Below, one piece after another: positions 26,407 to 32,000 of a stretch of DNA of 32,000 nt (position 1 is the first letter of the stretch; the number at the start of each line of letters is the position of its first letter). This DNA comes from Candidatus Electrothrix yaqonensis (GTDB taxonomy: Bacteria; Desulfobacterota; Desulfobulbia; Desulfobulbales; Desulfobulbaceae). The DNA lies in assembly GCA_047651235.1 (NCBI GenBank), contig CP178758.1, forward strand, positions 3,450,001 to 3,482,000, written 5' to 3'. The position numbers were made by a program, and so were the translations under genes. A model generated the notes under the pieces. It made no database searches, was not told where the DNA came from, and worked only from the letters and a program-made list of their open reading frames with translations.

Positions 26407-29055
26407 CTACTGATTTTGTTCTGCTTTTTTCTGATCAACAAGAATACGGACCAAGCCCTGTTCGCCGTCAATAAAGAGCAGATCGCCGGTATGGATGCGT
26501 CTGGTGCAGCCGGTGACATCCACCACACAGGGCAGACCGTACTCGCGGGCCACTGTCCCGGCATGGGAAAGATAACTTCCCACTTCCACAACCGCTCCTC
26601 CGGCAGTGAGAAAAAGCGGGGTCCAGGTCGGATCAGTGTACGGGGCCACCAGGATCTCGCCCGGACGCAGCTCCGGGTCTTTGGACGGATCCATGATGAC
26701 CCGTGCACGTCCGGTGTAACTGCCCGGAGAGGCTGTCTGGCCAGCAAGGACAATGGTGTTGCCGTAATAGCGCTCTGCCTGCCGGTCAGCGGGCAGATGC
26801 ACCCCGATGGCTTTGGAGGGGGAATGCCTGACCGCCCTGAGATATTCAAGACGCCGCTGATAAATGCGTGCTTCAATATCCGGCCACTTCAGCACCCCCT
26901 TCTGCATATCCAAGGTTTCCCGGAGCTTCAGGAAAAAGATATCCCCCCGGCATCTGAGACTGCCCTGTGCCAGAAGTTTCTCTTCGATTTCGAGCAGCTT
27001 CTTCCGCACCACGGACATGGCCATGATATGGTAACATCTCGAATTTTCCCTCAGTTTAATAAGATACCTGATTCTGCGGAAGAGAAAGTGCAGCAGACGG
27101 CCGCGCGGTCTGAACAGGCGTTCAAAGGGAAGCCGGTCAAGCTGCTGCTGCAATCCGGCTTCAAGTTCATGGCGTTCCTGGACCGAAGTTTTCTCCGACG
27201 CGTCCCCTTTCCGGTTCCGGTCAACGTCGGTCAGCAGATAATTCCGCAGCATGCCGATGAGCTGGGTCGGATTTTCCTCCCATCTGGCCGACTGCAACTC
27301 CAGCTCTTTCAGCGCACGATGTCTGTGTTTGGCAAGAAATTTGTCAAAGATCTGCAGGAATGTCCGGGCCTCCGGTTTTTTGCCGAGTTCGGTCAGCACC
27401 TGCCTGGGCGGTGAATGCAGCAGCAGGTCACGGACATCGTCGTTCTGTGCCGCTGCCCGGGCAAGCTCCTGGAGTTCCAGCCCCATTTCCGCTGACAGGA
27501 CACCCTCCTGACCGGAACAGAGAACAGTCAGCGCATCTGACGGCGCGTCGGGCAGCCAGTGCCTGAAAAGTACTTTCAGGGGGCCGAAACAGAGAACATA
27601 TCGGGCTGCCGAGGCATTGACCCACAGGGGAATTCTGCCGATCGGATCATACAGTTTGGGCAGAAAGCTGAGGCGCAGGATGGCGGTAAAAGGATTATAG
27701 GCCGTGTCGTGTTCCACATCCCGGCATAAGGTCCGGTAATGTTCCATGAAATTATCAGGCATGTTCCGGGTCCGGGCAAAAAAAATGCCGAAGATCAAAT
27801 AACCGCAGAGCCAGGTGACAAGGAACAGAGGGAGTTGCAGGAAGGAGAACCGGCGGAGCGGCAGATGCACCTCGGAACTCAGGCCGTAGAACAGATCAAC
27901 CAGCTCGTGGTCGGCGATGTTGAACGGAAAAACAGGCCGGATATATTTGAGATCCAGGTAGCAGCGTCCGTGGATGAAGCGGAGCAGCGGGGCGGATGCC
28001 AGGGAAATCAGGTCTGCCGTGAGCGGAGTGAAGGGGTCGGTCAGATTCTCCACAGCAGGTTTGAACAGAACATACTGGCCTTCAGGGGCCTGGATTTTTT
28101 CCCGGTTTCCCGGGACGGTAATCGGACGGGACTGAAGCAGGTAAAACTGTCCGTCGGCGATTGCCCATTCCACATCCTGGGGAACTCCGAAATGCTGTTC
28201 TGCTTTGGCTGCCCATTCCGCCGCAGTCCTGATGAACTCCGGCGTCAGGGCTTCCTGATGCTGCATTTCAGGCGGAACCTCCAGCAGGCGGGAGGCAGCT
28301 TTCGACTTCAGTCTGCACGGAACCATGAAACGTTTTTCCGCAATCTGCCGGTTGCGCAGCTGGAGAGTTTTATGATCCAGGGTGTACCGGTCAGGGGTCA
28401 CCCGGCCATCGACAATGGCGGCACCCATGCCCCAGGACGCTTCAACAATGATTTCTTTTTCTCCGGTGACCGGATTGGCCGTAAAGGTGAGCCCTGAGAT
28501 CTCTGCCTGAACCAGTTCCTGAACCAGGACCGCCATTGCAGAGCCGTGTTCAATACCGCAGGCGTTGCGATAGCTTACTGCTTCCGGATTCCAGAGGGAG
28601 GCCCAGCAGTACTGAATCATGCGCAGCAGGTTGGCGCGCTCCACATAATAATAGGTCGCATGCTGCCCGGCAAAACTTGCTCCGGCCAGATCTTCGGTTG
28701 TTGCCGAACTGCGGACCGCGCAGAGCAGATCGGCTCGGCTGTCCACAAGGCGCTCATGGGCAGCCAGGATTGCCTCAGCCAGTTTGCCGGGAAAGCTGGC
28801 ATTGGTGATGGTGTTGCGGATAATGCCGCAGGAGCGGTTCAGTTCACCCGCCCCGGCATGATTGAGGGAATGCAGGACTTTTTCCAGACGGAGAGAGCCG
28901 AGAAAATGGGTATATGCCTCTGTGGTCACCATGAAACCGGCAGGAACCGGAAACCCGTGTCCGAGCAGTTCGCCCAAGGCAGCTCCCTTTCCGCCGACCT
29001 CGTTGATGTCATCCTGACGGACAGCAGCAAGCGTTCTGATGTATCGGCTTTTCAT
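26407..29055 (-). CDS. PEP-utilising / PPDK-N family phosphotransferase with rifampin-phosphotransferase-like three-domain layout
   Basis: The N-terminus is ATP-grasp PPDK_N (INEVGGKGAALGELLGHGFPVPAGFMVTT, VRSSATTEDLAGASFAGQ, DVEWAIADGQFYLLQSRPIT). A ~430-aa central domain follows. The C-terminus is the mobile His domain (GQTASPGSYTGRARV..., GEILVAPYTDPTWTPLF, GSYLSHAGTVAREYGLPCVV). Confidence 0.85.
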   Translation of the reverse strand: MKSRYIRTLAAVRQDDINEVGGKGAALGELLGHGFPVPAGFMVTTEAYTHFLGSLRLEKVLHSLNHAGAGELNRSCGIIRNTITNASFPGKLAEAILAAHERLVDSRADLLCAVRSSATTEDLAGASFAGQHATYYYVERANLLRMIQYCWASLWNPEAVSYRNACGIEHGSAMAVLVQELVQAEISGLTFTANPVTGEKEIIVEASWGMGAAIVDGRVTPDRYTLDHKTLQLRNRQIAEKRFMVPCRLKSKAASRLLEVPPEMQHQEALTPEFIRTAAEWAAKAEQHFGVPQDVEWAIADGQFYLLQSRPITVPGNREKIQAPEGQYVLFKPAVENLTDPFTPLTADLISLASAPLLRFIHGRCYLDLKYIRPVFPFNIADHELVDLFYGLSSEVHLPLRRFSFLQLPLFLVTWLCGYLIFGIFFARTRNMPDNFMEHYRTLCRDVEHDTAYNPFTAILRLSFLPKLYDPIGRIPLWVNASAARYVLCFGPLKVLFRHWLPDAPSDALTVLCSGQEGVLSAEMGLELQELARAAAQNDDVRDLLLHSPPRQVLTELGKKPEARTFLQIFDKFLAKHRHRALKELELQSARWEENPTQLIGMLRNYLLTDVDRNRKGDASEKTSVQERHELEAGLQQQLDRLPFERLFRPRGRLLHFLFRRIRYLIKLRENSRCYHIMAMSVVRKKLLEIEEKLLAQGSLRCRGDIFFLKLRETLDMQKGVLKWPDIEARIYQRRLEYLRAVRHSPSKAIGVHLPADRQAERYYGNTIVLAGQTASPGSYTGRARVIMDPSKDPELRPGEILVAPYTDPTWTPLFLTAGGAVVEVGSYLSHAGTVAREYGLPCVVDVTGCTRRIHTGDLLFIDGEQGLVRILVDQKKAEQNQ

Positions 29056-29231
29056 GGCAGAATGTGTGTACGGCGGCGGCCGGGGGTTGAAGAACAGTTT
29101 TCCGGGGTGTTGAACAGCTCAGCGACAGGCTCCGTGTGACCGATGGTATCAGGTGTCCTGCAGGGCATGGTAGGGTATTCTTGTCTGTTTCGCAATCTTT
29201 TTCCTCGCCGTCCTCCGCAGTATGCCGGAAT

Positions 29232-29260
29232 TTGACAGAATCGGCAAATTCTGCTATTTT
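29232..29260 (+). promoter_or_regulatory. Candidate sigma-70-type promoter for the MCE gene (TTGACA-N17-TATTTT)
   Basis: TTGACA at 29232-29237, an exact 17-nt spacer, and TATTTT at 29255-29260, about 200 nt upstream of the 29460 ATG. It overlaps the inverted repeats GAATTTG/CAAATTC (29228-29234 / 29245-29251) and CAGAAT/ATTCTG. Confidence 0.35.
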
Positions 29261-29459
29261 GCCTGCTGTTTTTCCGCTGTGAGCTTTTTATGCCGAAAAT
29301 ATACGGGAAAGTCAACAAATGAACCGATGGTACAGATGGTGAACAGATGATGAATAAATGAGAAATGAGAAGAGAACCGCAGCAGAGGCCACCGTCTTGT
29401 AAAAAGCAGGGCAAACTTGGAGCCAGCCGCAGCCGATAATCTTCCCCCGGAAAAATTTC

Positions 29460-31847
29460 ATGGAACAGCCCGGACTCCGTAAACGCCTGATCGTCTCCCC
29501 GATCTGGTTTCTTCCCCTGCTCGCTCTGGGTATCGGCATCTGGTTGCTGATCAGCAGCTACCTGAATTCCGGCATTGACATCACGATTCATTTTCAGAAT
29601 GCTGAAGGCGTTGTTGCCGGGAAAACCAAGGTGATCTATAAAGGGATCCAGGTTGGGACTGTCCGCCGGGTTGTCATGGACCGCAATCTTGACGGGGTTG
29701 ACATTACCGTGGAAATGGACCGGGTGACCAAAAAAGGGCTGGTTGAGGACACTATGTTCTGGGTTGTCCGGCCGGAGGTCTCGGCCGGCAGAATTACCGG
29801 CCTGGATACTCTGGTCAGCGGTGCCTACCTGACCCTGCGGATGGGAAGTTCCGCAGAATCCGAGCGCTATTTTACCGGGCTTGCCGAGCCGCCGCCCATG
29901 GGCTCTGATCTTCCCGGCCTGCATATCCGCCTGAAAACCGAGACCCTGTACTCTCTGCAGCGCGGCTCCTATGTCTACAACCGGAATGTACGGATCGGCA
30001 AGGTGGATGATTACCATCCGGAGCAGGACGGGTCGATTCTGCTCGATATATATATTGAGCCGGAATTCAGCCACCTCATCCGTACGGAAACCAGATTCTG
30101 GAACGCCAGCGGCCTTTCCGTAACCGGTGATCTGCAGAGCGGTCTGAGCATCAATGTCGAGTCCGTGGCCTCGCTCATTTACGGCGGCCTTGCCTGCGGC
30201 ACCCCGGAAACGCTGCAGGATGCGCCGCCGGCCCAATCCGGTCAACAGTTCACCCTGTACAAGGATTTTTCCGCAGCTGAATACGGCATCCCCATGACGC
30301 TGCAGCTTGCCAGCGGCGACGGTATTGTACCAGGAAAAACCAGGGTTATGTTCCGGGGCCTGAAGGCGGGCGTGGTCCGGTCCATCGATATCAATGATGA
30401 CGCCTTTCACAGTGTCACGGCAACCATCCTGCTTGATCCGAGAGCGGAAAAGATCCTGCGGGAAAAGACCAGATTCTGGGTGGTCCGGCCGCAGTTTTCC
30501 CTTGCCGGGATCAGAAATCCTGAGACCTTGATCTCAGGCCCGTATATCACCTTTCAGGTCGGCGACGGGGAGCATCAGGATCATTTTGTTGTTGATCCGG
30601 CACCGCTGCCCAAGGTTTTCCTGCGTCCGGGAAAACGTTTCCATCTGGAAGCGGCCGAAGCCGGTTCTCTGGAAATCGGTTCGCCGGTACTCTGCAGGGG
30701 ACAGCAGGTGGGCGAGGTGACCGACCTGCAGCTGAATGCATCCGGCAGCGGCATCAAAGCAGAAATCCTGATCTATGATCTCTACAACGGCCTGATCAGC
30801 ACCGGCACCCGGTTTTACAATATCTCCGGCTTCAGGCTGGACGCCTCGCTGCAGGGGATTTCTCTGCAGACCGCTTCGTTGAATTCCCTAGTCGCGGGCG
30901 GCATTTCTTTTCTGCCCTCTGAAGAGGTAAAAGGAGGAGAACCGGTGGCGGAGGGCCGGATTTTCCCTCTGTATCCGGGTAGGGAAGAAGCGCTCCGGGC
31001 AGGTGGCCTGTCTCTGACCCTGGAATTTGAACACGGCATCGATCTGACGACAAAGACAAAAATCAGATATAAAGGGATTCCTATCGGCACTCTGGTGCGC
31101 ATCTGGTATGATCCGGATAGGGACAAAGTGCTGGCCGAGGCGGCTGTGCAGAAAAAGTTCAGTCGGCTGTTCCGGAAGACAACCGATATCTGGCTTGTCC
31201 GGCCGGAGCTGACATTATCCGGTGTCAGCCATCCTGAGACCCTGCTGACCGGAGCATATCTTGCCCTGCGTCCGGGATATGGCGCTCCGCAGACCCGTTT
31301 TGCTGTCCGGGCCAGCGAACCCGGGGTGTCCGACCCGTTTCCCGGCCTGAATCTGGTGCTGGAGGCTGAACGGATCGGCTCGCTGAACAAAGGCAGCCCG
31401 CTCTATTACCGGCAGGTGGAAATAGGGCGGGTCACCGGTGTTGAACTCAGTCCCACGGCCCAGCGGGTCTGGATTCATGCGGTTGTGGAGCCGAAATACA
31501 TGCCGCTTGTCCATCGGACCTCCAGATTCTGGAATGCCGGTGGGGTGAAGGTGATTGCCGGGCTGTTTTCCGGGGTGTCTGTGGAAACGGAATCTCTGGA
31601 GTCCATTATGGCGGGCGGTATTGCCATGGCCACGCCGGACGGCCGGGATATGGGCACGCCTGCAGAGGATGGCGATCATTTCCTTCTGGCGGAACAACCG
31701 GACGAGGACTGGCTGGAATGGGCCCCGAAGATCCCTCTGTATCATCCGGATGACACGACGGAACAGCATCGTATTCAAGCAGGCAGGAAGAAAAAGAAGA
31801 TATCGGAAAGAACATATCGGGAAAAAAACAAAAACACGAACAGGTAA
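29460..31847 (+). CDS. Six-MCE-domain intermembrane transport protein (PqiB/LetB family)
   Basis: The N-terminal TM SPIWFLPLLALGIGIWLLISSY is as in PqiB. Six MlaD/MCE modules then alternate between two types. Type A: GIDITIHFQNAEGVVAGKTKVIYKGIQVGTV; GIPMTLQLASGDGIVPGKTRVMFRGLKAGVV; GLSLTLEFEHGIDLTTKTKIRYKGIPIGTL. Type B: GLHIRLKTETLYSLQRGSYVYNRNVRIGKV; GKRFHLEAAEAGSLEIGSPVLCRGQQVGEV; GLNLVLEAERIGSLNKGSPLYYRQVEIGRV. Confidence 0.9.
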   Translation: MEQPGLRKRLIVSPIWFLPLLALGIGIWLLISSYLNSGIDITIHFQNAEGVVAGKTKVIYKGIQVGTVRRVVMDRNLDGVDITVEMDRVTKKGLVEDTMFWVVRPEVSAGRITGLDTLVSGAYLTLRMGSSAESERYFTGLAEPPPMGSDLPGLHIRLKTETLYSLQRGSYVYNRNVRIGKVDDYHPEQDGSILLDIYIEPEFSHLIRTETRFWNASGLSVTGDLQSGLSINVESVASLIYGGLACGTPETLQDAPPAQSGQQFTLYKDFSAAEYGIPMTLQLASGDGIVPGKTRVMFRGLKAGVVRSIDINDDAFHSVTATILLDPRAEKILREKTRFWVVRPQFSLAGIRNPETLISGPYITFQVGDGEHQDHFVVDPAPLPKVFLRPGKRFHLEAAEAGSLEIGSPVLCRGQQVGEVTDLQLNASGSGIKAEILIYDLYNGLISTGTRFYNISGFRLDASLQGISLQTASLNSLVAGGISFLPSEEVKGGEPVAEGRIFPLYPGREEALRAGGLSLTLEFEHGIDLTTKTKIRYKGIPIGTLVRIWYDPDRDKVLAEAAVQKKFSRLFRKTTDIWLVRPELTLSGVSHPETLLTGAYLALRPGYGAPQTRFAVRASEPGVSDPFPGLNLVLEAERIGSLNKGSPLYYRQVEIGRVTGVELSPTAQRVWIHAVVEPKYMPLVHRTSRFWNAGGVKVIAGLFSGVSVETESLESIMAGGIAMATPDGRDMGTPAEDGDHFLLAEQPDEDWLEWAPKIPLYHPDDTTEQHRIQAGRKKKKISERTYREKNKNTNR

Positions 31848-31848
31848 G

Positions 31849-32000
31849 ATGAGAGCGGCTGTCACCCTTTGGTTACGGGGAGCGTTGCTTTCCACTGGAA
31901 CAGAATACTTTCTATCTCCTCTATATTTTTTATTATCCCTCATGGAAGCAACAGTACGTTTTATCGAACGAATTTCCCGCACACCCGCAGCCAACAGCTA
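31849..32000 (+). CDS. Possible 5' end of a downstream gene (open to window end), unknown function
   Basis: An ATG at 31849 lies 1 nt after the MCE gene stop, and the frame stays open for 50 codons to the window edge (MRAAVTLWLRGALLSTGTEYFLSPLYFLLSLMEATVRFIERISRTPAANS). No family recognised. An alternative start is the Met at 31942. Confidence 0.25.
   Translation, partial: MRAAVTLWLRGALLSTGTEYFLSPLYFLLSLMEATVRFIERISRTPAANS

Noticed and set aside
29222-29350. 42-codon Cys-rich small ORF (MPEFDRIGKFCYFACCFSAV...) in the divergent intergenic region
   Set aside because: It has no Shine-Dalgarno, and the best promoter candidate lies inside it, so it would not be on the mRNA. It cannot be supported without conservation data.
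29052-30410. 452-aa minus-strand ORF. The same applies to other long antisense ORFs: 5999..7090, 10257..11168, 11232..12338, 26416..27414, 27739..28497, 28546..29139, 31215..31994.
   Set aside because: Each lies opposite a gene with strong family motifs (MCE protein, DHH-CBS-NTase, folP, ftsH, PEP enzyme). Their translations are low-complexity and Arg/Gly/Pro-rich, typical of shadow ORFs in GC-biased coding DNA.
1-32000. Search for tRNA, rRNA, CRISPR arrays and tandem toxin-antitoxin RNA repeats
   Set aside because: I found no cloverleaf-like conserved arms, no rRNA-like segments and no regularly spaced direct repeats in any intergenic region. The only tandem repeat noted is 2 x ACGGATTT (13057-13072) in the ftsH leader.

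Overview
32-kb bacterial chromosomal window. Core genes are roughly 50-63% GC by hand counts of sampled lines. Architectures such as GAF-HD-GYP, DHH-CBS-nucleotidyltransferase and VKOR-DsbA suggest a Desulfobacterota/delta-proteobacterium-like organism, but this is inference only. I can support about 27 protein-coding genes. The left third is all minus strand: partial ptsI, ptsH, a small unknown protein translationally coupled to ptsH, a GAF-HD-GYP phosphodiesterase, an M50 site-2 protease, a 908-aa DHH-DHHA1-CBS-CCA/poly(A) nucleotidyltransferase fusion, an exported FmdE-like protein and an exported thermonuclease. A low-GC accessory islet follows (about 7660-9765). It holds a decayed IS1182/IS5-like transposase, a 132-bp MITE-like element (16-bp perfect terminal inverted repeats, 5-bp TACCT duplication) and an Abi-alpha (DUF4393)-like candidate abortive-infection gene that abuts a frameshifted VanZ-like gene. 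The middle block is folP-ftsH with an intercistronic terminator, TRAP dctQM, and a second low-GC single-gene insertion (15392-16078). That gene encodes a 3-TM protein resembling the TRADD-N-associated 2TM conflict-system domain. After it come an mltF-like transglycosylase, an MFS transporter, a YgiM-like SH3 protein and hslVU. The right third has a minus-strand array of an RPH-like PEP-utilising phosphotransferase, a VKOR-DsbA fusion, a GT39 (ArnT/PMT-like) glycosyltransferase and an orphan gspF. It ends with a six-MCE-domain LetB/PqiB-like protein that has no adjacent PqiA/LetA. I saw no rRNA, tRNA or CRISPR array. All family assignments come from motif recognition by eye, not from database searches.
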